Shown here: positions 38,230 through 47,484 of the stretch, piece after piece
How the letters are laid out: the number at the start of each line of letters is the position of its first letter
Numbering within the stretch: the stretch's first letter is position 1
NCBI GenBank assembly: GCA_965248925.1
Contig: CBDFLE010000006.1
Span: 3,520,001-3,584,000, forward strand
Length of the DNA: 64,000 bases
Direction: 5' to 3'
Source of the DNA: Candidatus Multivoradales bacterium
Lineage (GTDB): Bacteria; Acidobacteriota; Thermoanaerobaculia; Multivoradales; J023
Notes under the pieces: generated by a model
Databases searched by the model: none
The model's input: the letters and a program-made list of their open reading frames with translations, nothing else
Told to the model about the DNA's origin: nothing
Position numbers and translations under genes: made by a program

Positions 38230-41200
38230 TCAGCCGCGGCGACGTAGCCAGCTCACTCCGGCAAGAGCCAGCAAGAGGGCGATCAACGCCAGACCGGTGT
38301 TGCCGAGGGTGGGGATCTCCAACACCTCCACCGGTCCCAGCTCCACTTCCAGCATGGTCGACAAGCCGTTCAGGTCGGTCAGCACCAGGGTGGCGGTGCC
38401 GGCCAGCGAGGGGTCGTCCAAGGTGGCGATCCAGGTCCACTCCATGTCGCCCACCGTGCCGGCGGTTTGTAGGCTGATGTTGGCGCGGACCAAGAGGTCG
38501 AGGGAGGCTACGCCGTTGATCGCTTGGCCGATGCCACTGGCGAAGTCTTCGCCTTCGATCAGCTGGTTGAGCAGCAGGTTGGTGACTTCGCAGAGATCGC
38601 CGATATTGTCCATGTCGAGGTCGGCCTGGTCGGCGTTGGGGATGGCTGGGCAGTTGTCGCAGAGATCGCCCACTTCGTCCATGTCGAGGTCGGCTTGATC
38701 GCTGTTGGCGTTGGCCGGGCAGTTGTCACAGACATCGCCTACCCCATCAAGGTCGCCATCGGCCTGACCGCTGTTGGCGTTGGTTGGGCAGTTGTCGCAA
38801 ACATCGCCGACCCCGTCCGTGTCGCCGTCGGCTTGGTCGGCGTTGGCGTTGATCGAGCAGTTGTCGCAGACATCACCGACGCCGTCCGTGTCGCCATCGG
38901 CCTGGTCTTCGTTGGTAGTCATCGGGCAGTTGTCGCAGGCGTCGCCGAGGCTGTCGCCATCGCTAGCCATCTGGCCGGCGTTGGCGGTCATCGGGCAGTT
39001 GTCTACATCGTCGGGAACGCCATCGCCATCGAAGTCGGTCATCAAGAACAGCGCCGCGCCGTCGTGGTCGGAAGATGCCTCGGCGGTTAGCGGATCGTCG
39101 AAGAAGACCTCAGCGGCGTCGGAGTTGCCACGGCCGAATTCAAAGTCGCGAACGAAGATGTCGGCCGCCTGGGTGGTCAAGGCGTGATCGAGTACCTGAC
39201 TGTTGCCGCGGAAGTTGAACGAATACTGCTCGCTGGCCGCCAAGTTGAGTACCTGCTTGGTGAGGTTGGGGTCGACCAAGTCGGGGCCGGAGAGCAGGTT
39301 GTCGGCGGCGACGAAGTCACCGCTCATCTGGCCGACCACGTCGACGAAGCTATCGCTGAATTGGAAGGCGTTGAGATCGCCGATGATGATCAGCGGTACG
39401 GTCGGGTTGGCGGTTTGGAAATCCTGCGCCTTCTGGGCGATCGACTGCGCCTGCTCGAGTCGCTTTTGGCGCACTCGCGGACCGCTGCCGCCGTCGATGC
39501 CGCTGAGTGACCGGGTGTGGTTGACCATCACCGCGACGGGGAAGTCAGCGCCGTTGCCGGTGTAGCGGCCTTCGAGTAGTAGCGCCGGGCGGTCGTTGAG
39601 CAGCGAGCCATCGAAGGTCAGCAGCTCGGCGGCACCGAGTTGGGTGATCGCGTCTACGGTCACCGTATCGCGCACCAAGAAGCCAACGTCGATGGTGCCG
39701 ATGTCATTGCCCTCGATCAAGAAAGGCGTGTAGGGCACCAGGGCGCCACAGGTAGCGTCGTTGGCCAGCCGATCGGCCAGTGCTTGCAGCACGGTGAGGC
39801 TTTCGACCTCCTGGACACCGAGGATCTCGGGCGAGTCCAGCACCTGGTCGATGTAGAGGCAGAACTTGTCGAGCCGGGCCTGGTATTCGACGGTGGGAAT
39901 CACCACATCGTCGCGGCCGCCATCGGCCGGGTCGTCGACATCGTCGAAGAGGCGGAACATGTTGAGGGTGCCAACGGTGATCTCACCGGCGACTCGAGCA
40001 CGCACCGCCATCGGCAGCGGCGCCTGAATCACGGTCAGGCTCGACGGCCACAGCTCGTAGCCGCCGAACTCGAAGCCCAGGCCGCCGGTGGCGAAGAACA
40101 TCGAGCCGCCGTTGATCGGATCGTTGGCCAGGCCGAGTTTGTCGGGATCCAGTTCGAACAACTCTGGGTTGCCGTCCCACACCGGCAGCCCTACCATGCC
40201 GGGGAATTCGATGCCGGGCTCGCGGAAGCAGCGGGTCGGCCCGGAGGTGACGAAGACCTCGGCGATCGGATCGACGCCGAAGCCCTGGTTGCCGGAGCAA
40301 ACCTGGCCGGCGTCGACGGTAATCAACATGCCTTCAAAGCACTCCAGCCCACCGGCGGCACAATCTGGCGCGGTGGGATCGGGCGACGGTACGGTGGCGT
40401 CGAAGAGGGTCGCTGCCGGCAGCGGGTTGGCGTTCGAATCGACGGTGACGATCGGGCCGTTCGAATACTCGGTGAAGCCGAAGAACTCGACCACCGGTCC
40501 GGTGACATCGACCTGATCACCCTCGGCCACCCCCGGCGCGCCGCCGGTGAAGACATAGATGCCGTTCGAGGTCTCAGGGTCCGCATCGTCGCGGGCGTCC
40601 GGGGTTTGCAGGAAGAAGCCGTTCGGGCCCACCGCGGTAACGATGTTGTCGAGGGTGGTGACCACCTGGTCGGCGAAGGGCGAAGCGGCGCCGGCGCCCT
40701 GGATCTCGTAGATCTCGCGGGTGACGTCGCAGTTTCCCACCGCCACCGAGTTAGGCCAGCCCGGAGTGATGCAGCGCGGGCTCCAATCAACGTTGTTCTG
40801 CTGCGTGTCGGCGCCGTTGGGGATGCGCGAGATGCCGATGCCGGTGAGGGCTGAATCGTCCAGCAAGCCGGCACCTGAGCCTTCGACGAAACCGGCGACG
40901 TCGCCTTCGTAGCTCACCACATCGACCGCCGCGCCGCTGAGCATCAGCGCTACGGCATCGGGGGCGCCGTTCTGGATCAGGTTGGTGTCGGGGGTGACGT
41001 CAAGGTCGCAGTTGAGCACCGTCGCCGGGTTGGCGCAGAGGACGAAGAAGTCACCTGGCGGCAGCAGCACCGGCGGCAGATCGAAGCTCTGGTAGACGGC
41101 GGCGCCAGAACCGTTGATCAAGTCGACGGAGTAGAGGTCGAGGTCGACATCGGCCTCGCCGGCGTTGTAGATCTCGATGAATTCGGCGGCGTCGGTGCCG

Positions 41201-43461
41201 GCCTGGTCGTAGTCGATCTCATTCAGCACCAGCCGTGGCGGCGCCGGGCAATCGGCGTTGTCAGAGGTGTTGGCCTCGCCCGGAGTGATGCAGCGGGGGT
41301 TGAGGTCGACGTTGTTCTGGTCGGTGTCGACGCCGTCGGGAAAGCGGGAGATGCCGGCAAAGTCGAGGCCGGAATTGTCCTCCAAACCGCTGCCTGAGCC
41401 CTCGACGAAGCCGGCCACGTCGCCCTCGTAGCTCACCGCGTCGATCAGGGTGGCACCCTCGAAAACGGCCACCGCGTCGGGAGCGCCGTTCTGGATCAGG
41501 TTGGTGTTCGGGCTGACGTCGAGATCGCAATTTGCCACCTCGGCTGAGCTGCCGCAGATGACGTAGTAGTCGCCAGCGGCGAGGCTGACTGCGGGCAGCA
41601 CGATGGTGTTGTAGGCGGCACCGCCGTTGCCATTGATCAGCCGCACCTCAAGGCTGTCGAGGTCGATCGGGGTGGCGCCGAAATTGAGCAGCTCGACGAA
41701 TTCCATGGCGTCGGTTCCGCTCTGGTCGTAGTCGATCTCGTTGATCACCAGCTCGGGCACCGGGCAGCCGTTGGTGACGCCCGGGGTGGGTGGCACCTGC
41801 AAGTAGGTGTCGGTGTTGAGCTGGCCACCGGCGCCGTTGGCGCAGCGCTGGTTGGAGTCGGTGGCCGAATCGGTGCCACCGTCTTCGTTGACCTGAGGCT
41901 GGCCGGCGTTGAGCAGCACCAGGAGTTCAGCATCGTCGCCCTCGTTGGTGTCGTAGACCAGGGCGTCGACCAGGTTGGTGGTGGTCACCGCGGTGCCGTT
42001 GGGGAAGTCGGCGGCGTCGCCGAGGTAGAGGGCAACCGCGTCGGCGCCGTTCTGGATCAGGTTGGTGTTTGGGCTGAGGTCGAGGTCGCAATTCGCCACG
42101 TTGGCGGCATTGCCGCAGAGCACGAAAAAGCCGTTGCCATCGGTAGTCTCACCATCGAGGTCAAAGGCGTTGTAGGACACGTCGCTGTTGCCGTTGAACA
42201 GCACCACCACCAGGCCCGAGAGGTCTGTGTTGCCGCTGCCGCCGTCGAACAGCTCGACGAACTCGGCGGCGTCGGTACTGGTCTGGTCGGCGTCCACTTC
42301 GTTGATCAACAAGTCACTCGGCGGCATCACGCCGCAGGCGTTGGCGGCGCCCGGTGTGGGCGTGGCTTGTAGATAGGTGTCGGTGTCGAGTTGTGTGCCG
42401 CCGTCGGGGCAGCGCTGGTTGGAGTCGGTGGTCGAATCAGTGCCACCGTCTTCGTTGACCTGCGGCTGGCCGGCATTGAGCAGCGCCAGCAAACCAGGGT
42501 CGTCGCCGTCGTTGGTGTCATAAACCAGGGCGTCGATGAGATCCGTGGCAGTCGCCGCGGTGCCGTTGGGGAAGTCGGCGGCGTCGCCGAGGTAGAGGGC
42601 AACCGCGTCGGCGCCGTTCTGGATCAGGTTGGTGTCCGGGCTGACGTCGAGGTCGCAATTCGCCACGTTGGCGGCGTTGCCGCAGAGCACGAAAAAGCCG
42701 TTGCCATCGGTAGTCTCACCATCGAGGTCAAAGGCGTTGTAGGACACGTCGCTGCTGCCGTTGAACAGCACCACCACCAGGCCCGAGAGGTCTGTGTTGC
42801 CGCTGCCGCCGTCGAACAGCTCGACGAACTCGGCGGCGTCGGTGCCGCTCTGGTCGGCGTCGACCTCGTTGATCAGCATATCGGTGGCCGGGCCACCGGC
42901 ACCGAAGGTCTGGCCGGCGTTGCAGGCGCCAGGACTGTCGGCAGACGGGCCACCCCAGACGAAGTCCTCGTAGCAGGTGCCGGTGCCGCCGAGCTGTAGC
43001 GAGTCACCGATCGCCGAGCCGATCTCAGCGACGCCGATATCGGTGGAGGTCATACCCATGGCCGGTCCGTTGCCGGCGGTCATAGTGCCTTCGTAGCTCA
43101 GAAACTGGATCACCGTTCCCAGGTCGTCGACCAGAGCCAGGCCATCGGGGGAGCCGTTCTGAATGCCGTTGGTCGGATAGCTCATCTGCAGGGTGCCGAA
43201 GCCGCCACACTGGTCTGGGAGGGTGCCGCTAAGCAGGTCGGTGTCGTAGGTCTGGTTGCCGTTGCCGTTGTATAGCACCAGGCTCCAGCCGGTCAAGTCG
43301 GTGCCCGCCGGGCCGGCGATCTCGATGAACTCGCCGACATCGGTACTTGAGTTATCGTAGTGAATCTCGTTGATGAACACCGTCGTGACCGCCATGGCGG
43401 CAGAGGCCCCAACAAGGATGGCGAGAGTGAAGAGGGCAGCGATCGTGGGTCGACGAGACAT
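38230..43461 (-). CDS. Large exported ExeM/NucH-like nuclease: five lamin-tail domains, OB-fold, EEP domain, TSP3 repeats, IPTL-CTERM-like anchor
   Basis: Five INE(I/V).YD/DAD..EF.E repeats; IYEIQG; GVQEVE, GDLNA, LDH and SDHD EEP motifs; D.DGVGDVCDNC repeats; IPTL followed by a TM helix and RRR. Confidence 0.9.
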   Translation of the reverse strand: MSRRPTIAALFTLAILVGASAAMAVTTVFINEIHYDNSSTDVGEFIEIAGPAGTDLTGWSLVLYNGNGNQTYDTDLLSGTLPDQCGGFGTLQMSYPTNGIQNGSPDGLALVDDLGTVIQFLSYEGTMTAGNGPAMGMTSTDIGVAEIGSAIGDSLQLGGTGTCYEDFVWGGPSADSPGACNAGQTFGAGGPATDMLINEVDADQSGTDAAEFVELFDGGSGNTDLSGLVVVLFNGSSDVSYNAFDLDGETTDGNGFFVLCGNAANVANCDLDVSPDTNLIQNGADAVALYLGDAADFPNGTAATATDLIDALVYDTNDGDDPGLLALLNAGQPQVNEDGGTDSTTDSNQRCPDGGTQLDTDTYLQATPTPGAANACGVMPPSDLLINEVDADQTSTDAAEFVELFDGGSGNTDLSGLVVVLFNGNSDVSYNAFDLDGETTDGNGFFVLCGNAANVANCDLDLSPNTNLIQNGADAVALYLGDAADFPNGTAVTTTNLVDALVYDTNEGDDAELLVLLNAGQPQVNEDGGTDSATDSNQRCANGAGGQLNTDTYLQVPPTPGVTNGCPVPELVINEIDYDQSGTDAMEFVELLNFGATPIDLDSLEVRLINGNGGAAYNTIVLPAVSLAAGDYYVICGSSAEVANCDLDVSPNTNLIQNGAPDAVAVFEGATLIDAVSYEGDVAGFVEGSGSGLEDNSGLDFAGISRFPDGVDTDQNNVDLNPRCITPGEANTSDNADCPAPPRLVLNEIDYDQAGTDAAEFIEIYNAGEADVDLDLYSVDLINGSGAAVYQSFDLPPVLLPPGDFFVLCANPATVLNCDLDVTPDTNLIQNGAPDAVALMLSGAAVDVVSYEGDVAGFVEGSGAGLLDDSALTGIGISRIPNGADTQQNNVDWSPRCITPGWPNSVAVGNCDVTREIYEIQGAGAASPFADQVVTTLDNIVTAVGPNGFFLQTPDARDDADPETSNGIYVFTGGAPGVAEGDQVDVTGPVVEFFGFTEYSNGPIVTVDSNANPLPAATLFDATVPSPDPTAPDCAAGGLECFEGMLITVDAGQVCSGNQGFGVDPIAEVFVTSGPTRCFREPGIEFPGMVGLPVWDGNPELFELDPDKLGLANDPINGGSMFFATGGLGFEFGGYELWPSSLTVIQAPLPMAVRARVAGEITVGTLNMFRLFDDVDDPADGGRDDVVIPTVEYQARLDKFCLYIDQVLDSPEILGVQEVESLTVLQALADRLANDATCGALVPYTPFLIEGNDIGTIDVGFLVRDTVTVDAITQLGAAELLTFDGSLLNDRPALLLEGRYTGNGADFPVAVMVNHTRSLSGIDGGSGPRVRQKRLEQAQSIAQKAQDFQTANPTVPLIIIGDLNAFQFSDSFVDVVGQMSGDFVAADNLLSGPDLVDPNLTKQVLNLAASEQYSFNFRGNSQVLDHALTTQAADIFVRDFEFGRGNSDAAEVFFDDPLTAEASSDHDGAALFLMTDFDGDGVPDDVDNCPMTANAGQMASDGDSLGDACDNCPMTTNEDQADGDTDGVGDVCDNCSINANADQADGDTDGVGDVCDNCPTNANSGQADGDLDGVGDVCDNCPANANSDQADLDMDEVGDLCDNCPAIPNADQADLDMDNIGDLCEVTNLLLNQLIEGEDFASGIGQAINGVASLDLLVRANISLQTAGTVGDMEWTWIATLDDPSLAGTATLVLTDLNGLSTMLEVELGPVEVLEIPTLGNTGLALIALLLALAGVSWLRRRG
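41790..42875. repeat. Intragenic tandem duplication with 567-bp period (lamin-tail domains 2 and 3)
   Basis: For example 42124-42185 is identical to 42691-42752; long near-identical stretches include synonymous positions. Boundaries are approximate. Confidence 0.85.
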
Positions 43462-43537
43462 GCGGGTGCTCCTGGTTCCGAGAAAAGCTAGGCTCTGTAG
43501 GATCAGTAGGTCGCTAATCTACCCCAAAGACGCCGCC

Positions 43538-44419
43538 ATGGCAGCTCACTTTCCGCCAGCAAAGCTCATCATCACCGAAAGCGAGATCGGCAACGTGCTG
43601 ACCCGTACCCGTGGTTACCTGGCGACGGTGACCTCGCACTCGCTACAGCCCTACCGCGGCTGTCCGTTGGGCCGTTCGCTCTGTGGCGTGGGTTGTTACG
43701 TGCGCCACAATCCCTGGGTCACCGCGGGTCGCGGCTGGGGTACCTTTCTCGAGGTGCGGCGCAACGCGGCCCGGTCCTATCTCGCCCACGTCGGCCGCGA
43801 GCGCCGCTGGGGGCGGCGGATGGCGGGGCGGTTCGGCATCTTCTTGTCGAGCTCTACCGAGCCCTTTCCGCCTCAAGAACGGCGTTTTGGCGTAACTCGG
43901 ATGGTCTTGCGAGCGATGCTCGCCGAGCCCCCCGACCTACTGGTGGTGCAGAGTCATAGCCACAGGCTGGTCGAGGTCGCCGAGCTGCTGGCGGAACTCG
44001 GCCATCGCTGTGAGCTTCGGGCGCATCTCTCGATCGAGACCGATCGCCAGCGGTTGGCCGGCCTGCCGCCCCACGGCAGCTCGGTGGAGCGCCGATTCGA
44101 GGCTGCTCGACAGCTCCGGGACGCTGGTATTCGCACCGTCGTCACGGTTTCGCCGCTGCTGCCAATCGCCGACCCGGAGGCTTTCTTCGCCCGCATTGCC
44201 AGGGTCGCGGACGCGGTGGTGATCGACCATTGGATCGGCGGCGACGGGTCGCCAGACGGTCGTCGCACGGCTCGTACCGAACTTCCCGCGGCGATCGCCA
44301 AAATCGACCCAGCGGCGGTGCGGCTGGATTATCGCGATCACATGGTGGAGATTGCGCGGCGTCACCTGCCGGGAGCGGTGGGAGTGTCGATCGACGGTTT
44401 CGCCGGGCGCTTTGACTGA
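43538..44419 (+). CDS. Radical SAM protein, spore-photoproduct-lyase-like (Rv2578c-type)
   Basis: SLQPYRGC, SSSTEPF.P.E...GVTR, SIET and S.ERR..A...L.DAGI motifs; Cys motif is CPLGRSLCGVGC. Confidence 0.8.
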   Translation: MAAHFPPAKLIITESEIGNVLTRTRGYLATVTSHSLQPYRGCPLGRSLCGVGCYVRHNPWVTAGRGWGTFLEVRRNAARSYLAHVGRERRWGRRMAGRFGIFLSSSTEPFPPQERRFGVTRMVLRAMLAEPPDLLVVQSHSHRLVEVAELLAELGHRCELRAHLSIETDRQRLAGLPPHGSSVERRFEAARQLRDAGIRTVVTVSPLLPIADPEAFFARIARVADAVVIDHWIGGDGSPDGRRTARTELPAAIAKIDPAAVRLDYRDHMVEIARRHLPGAVGVSIDGFAGRFD

Positions 44420-44429
44420 GATGACCGGC

Positions 44430-44645
44430 AACAGATGCCCCCGGTCGTCGCTCGGGGGGGGAGCGAGTCTAGCGACGACCGGAGGATAGAGACGGGTGAG
44501 CGGTCAATTCGCAGACCACCGCGCCATCCGACGAGCGTTTGCTTCTTGGGGGACCTCACGCCGGCCTCGGAGAAACGCCGAGAGCGCAATACAACAACCA
44601 GGTTGCTGCAACTAACGTGAACCTGTCGACAAACACTTCGTCCCA
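44430..44645 (-). ncRNA. Candidate small RNA in a convergent intergenic region
   Basis: Minus-strand TTGCCC-N18-TATGCT promoter-like site (44678-44649) and a terminal 12-bp stem (44441-44452 / 44471-44482) with a C8 loop. No recognisable Rfam family. Confidence 0.3.
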
Positions 44646-44763
44646 CGGAGCATACGGTAAAGCGAGGGACGCGGGCAAGATTAATGGCATAATTTCTGTG
44701 AGATTGCGCAAGACCTCCGGCAGGAGCAAAATTCAGTCCCGGCAACGGCTCTTTCTTGGCTTT

Positions 44764-46392
44764 TCAGGGACTATGGGTGGCTTCGCCGCGTAGTTTCGGC
44801 AGTGCTGCCACAACTTCCTCGCGACTCATCCCGAGCAGCCGGTGGCGATCAACCAACAAGTCGAGGTTGGCGGGATAGAGGTGATGGCGGTCTGGATCGG
44901 CCAAACCTGCGATGTTGCGTGGGGCGATGGTCTGGCGCACCCACTCCTTGAAGTCTTGGCGTGCCCGTTGGTGGCGTGGTGGGTCACTGCCGAGGACCCG
45001 GCGGAGTCGTCGCGGAGCGTGTTCGAAGGCGGCTGCAAGGAGCGGGTCATCGCAGCCCAAGAACCCTTGCCAGGCGGTTCCTCGATCACCGTGCTGGTCA
45101 CCGTGCTGGTCACCATGCTGGACACCGTGCAAGCGTTGACCGACCTCGGTGTAGCTGGCGGCGGCGAAGTAAAGGTAGGTTACCGAGGTGAAGAGTTCGA
45201 AGTCGTAGAGCGCCAAGTAGGCGGCGCAGCTCAAGCGTTCCAAGTGGTCGGCCTCGCGGCTCATCAGTTCGGCATAGGCATGACCGTCGGCGCGCGCCGG
45301 TAGCAGCTCGGCGAGCCGCTCTACCGCTAACAGGCTCCAGGCCATGCCGGTCGAGAACAGAGGGTCATAGAAAGCATAGGTGTGCGGCATCAAGAACCAA
45401 CCTGGCCCCGCCGAGCGACTCAGGCGATGCTGCACTCTGGGCAGCAAGCGTGGTGGTACCACCGCTCTGGCGTCGGCCAGTTGGGCGGCCAAAGTCGGGT
45501 ACGAAGCGACCAGGTGCCGCCAGCCGGCTGACGGGTCCGAGACCATCAGTCTTGCGAGTTGCGGATCGAGGCCGCCACCCGCCGGGTGCAGCAAGACCCC
45601 ACAGCTGGTGACCCCGTGGTCGAAGGGCAGCATGTACATCCAACCCTCGTGCAGCAAGTGGTGCACCGCCGCTCTCTCGTCCGGGTAGGGGCCGGCCGGC
45701 AATAGGTTGCTGCCGGCTACTTGATCGAGGGGGCGCAGACCTTCGAAGTGGCCATAGAGCAGGGCGGTCTCCAGGCACACCGGCCGTCGTTCCAGACGGG
45801 CTGGCAGGCAGCGCGCCATCAGTGCGGTGGAACCGGAGGCGTCGACCACCTGTTCGGCGCGAATTTCGATCTCTTGTTTGCCTCGGTGGCCGCGCAAGTA
45901 GGTGCCGTTGGCCAGCAGGTTGAGGTGTTGGATATTGGTCTGGTCGAAGTAGTGCACGCCGGCGGCGACCGCTTCCTCAGCCAGGTGCTGGTCGACATCG
46001 GAGCGCAGCCAGTGGGTGTCCGCCAAATGGTTGTCAGGGCTCGCCGCGACCAATAAACGGGCTTCGTTGGCCGAGGAGTTGCGGTAGGCCCTGCCGCGCT
46101 GATGCTGATAGAAGCTGAATCCACGCTTGAGGCCGCAGCGCAGGTGGGGCAGGTGCGTCTGCCAGCGGCCGTAAGTGGAGAGGTGGTGCAGGTCTTCCAA
46201 ACCGTAGCGTTGGGCCAGGCGCTCGAGGGCGAAGCCGGCCAAAGGGGTCGACGATTCGCCGAGATTGAAGCGGGGATGGCGGCCGCGCTCGACCAGCACC
46301 ACGTCGAGTCCCTGAACGGCCAAAATGCGCGCCAGGATCGAGCCGGAGAAGCCAGCGCCGAGTACCGCCACGTCACAGCGCACGGTGCTCAC
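44764..46392 (-). CDS. Flavin-dependent halogenase-like oxidoreductase (tryptophan halogenase superfamily)
   Basis: GAGFSG, HPRF.LGESS, LKRGF.F, VDASG, WMYMLP and F.DPLFSTG motifs; GTG start at 46392. Confidence 0.85.
   Translation of the reverse strand: MSTVRCDVAVLGAGFSGSILARILAVQGLDVVLVERGRHPRFNLGESSTPLAGFALERLAQRYGLEDLHHLSTYGRWQTHLPHLRCGLKRGFSFYQHQRGRAYRNSSANEARLLVAASPDNHLADTHWLRSDVDQHLAEEAVAAGVHYFDQTNIQHLNLLANGTYLRGHRGKQEIEIRAEQVVDASGSTALMARCLPARLERRPVCLETALLYGHFEGLRPLDQVAGSNLLPAGPYPDERAAVHHLLHEGWMYMLPFDHGVTSCGVLLHPAGGGLDPQLARLMVSDPSAGWRHLVASYPTLAAQLADARAVVPPRLLPRVQHRLSRSAGPGWFLMPHTYAFYDPLFSTGMAWSLLAVERLAELLPARADGHAYAELMSREADHLERLSCAAYLALYDFELFTSVTYLYFAAASYTEVGQRLHGVQHGDQHGDQHGDRGTAWQGFLGCDDPLLAAAFEHAPRRLRRVLGSDPPRHQRARQDFKEWVRQTIAPRNIAGLADPDRHHLYPANLDLLVDRHRLLGMSREEVVAALPKLRGEATHSP
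45086..45130. repeat. In-frame 12-bp tandem repeat (about 3.7 copies) encoding HGVQHGDQHGDQHGD
   Basis: TCACCGTGCTGG twice, TCACCATGCTGG, then ACACCGTGC. Confidence 0.85.
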
Positions 46393-46408
46393 CGTGAGGT
46401 CTTTCCGC

Positions 46409-47437
46409 TCACGGCAACTCTTCCCCACAGTCCGTGCAGGTGGGTAGCGCGGTCCAGGAGGTGGTGGCATTGGCCTGTTGCAGCCGCCGCTGCCGTTGCT
46501 CGAAGCAGCTCGGGCAGTCTGCCAGCAGCCGCAGATCCCACAGGTCGGCGGTCACGGCTGTTCGCTCGGGGGCCAGCTGAAAACTCCCTGCCAGGGCTTG
46601 CTCGAGTTGGCTTAGCCGGGGTGGGTGGAAGTCACCCCGCCGCGCCAGGCGATCGAGCTCTCCATTGCCGGCACGGACCGGGATCAAGGTGACGTGCTCG
46701 ACGCCGCGCTGGCAGGCGAATGCCACCGATCGCACTGCCCAATGCACGGTTTCGGCGGCGGCGATGAAGGGGGCGCCGACCAGGACGAAGGCGCGCACAC
46801 CAAGACCTCGCTCGTCCAGCGCCCGCGCCGCGGCGGCGAAGTCCTCTGGGGTCGATCGCTTGCCGAGCCTGGAGCTGGCTTGGGGATGCACAGTCTCCAG
46901 CCCCATGGCCACTTGTAGCCGGCCCTCGAGGTGCTCGGCAAAGGCAAAACAGCTGTCGCCGACCCACCGGGGATGGCATTCGACGACCAGCCGGGCGAAG
47001 GGGCGCGACAGCTCGGCGAGTGCGGCCAGATCTGCCTTGGGCACGGCACGGGGATCGAAGAAGTTGCTGGCGTTGTAGAGCTTCAGCCAGGCGTCGCCGT
47101 AGTGCCCGGCGGGGAGTTCGGCGGCGCTTGATGCCAACGCCATCCGTAGCTGCCGGGGTAGGGCCCCAACGGGCGTTGCGGTATCTAGAGTGTGGCGCCA
47201 CAGATCACAGAAGACACAGGTGAAGGGGCATTCCGCGCCCGCCAAGAAGACGGTCAGATTCGGTACCGAGCGGCCGTTGCTCAGCCGTTCCCGCTCCACC
47301 ATGGAGGCGATCGGCCGCCAAGGGTCGACGGCGGCCTTGGCCGACCGCAGCGCGCGAATGCGGCGGTCCTCGGCGGCCCTCGGGGGTGGAGCGGCTCGGG
47401 GCGTGGATCTCGACAGGGCGTTCATGCTCACCGCCAT
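46409..47437 (-). CDS. Radical SAM protein, RaSEA/TIGR01210-like
   Basis: TVFL...CPFTCVFC (CX3CX2C), KLYNASNFFD, VECHP and VAMGLET motifs; C-terminal CPSC...CTDC. Confidence 0.8.
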   Translation of the reverse strand: MAVSMNALSRSTPRAAPPPRAAEDRRIRALRSAKAAVDPWRPIASMVERERLSNGRSVPNLTVFLAGAECPFTCVFCDLWRHTLDTATPVGALPRQLRMALASSAAELPAGHYGDAWLKLYNASNFFDPRAVPKADLAALAELSRPFARLVVECHPRWVGDSCFAFAEHLEGRLQVAMGLETVHPQASSRLGKRSTPEDFAAAARALDERGLGVRAFVLVGAPFIAAAETVHWAVRSVAFACQRGVEHVTLIPVRAGNGELDRLARRGDFHPPRLSQLEQALAGSFQLAPERTAVTADLWDLRLLADCPSCFEQRQRRLQQANATTSWTALPTCTDCGEELP

Positions 47438-47484
47438 CGTAGGCTGCTGGGAGATATTGTCAAGATCGTCTGCGGCTCTGGTCT

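Noticed and set aside
38580-39040. Regularly spaced GGCAGTTGTCGCA-like repeats resembling a CRISPR array
   Set aside because: They encode in-frame TSP3 (DNCP/DxDGVGD) protein repeats; the spacers are homologous to each other and no cas genes are present.
39640-40854. 404-aa plus-strand ORF
   Set aside because: Antisense shadow of the large nuclease gene.
44362-44745. 127-aa minus-strand ORF as a possible RiPP precursor for the enzyme trio
   Set aside because: No clear RBS, no leader/core pattern, and it overlaps the 3' end of the radical SAM gene; the non-coding interpretation fits better, though neither is proven.
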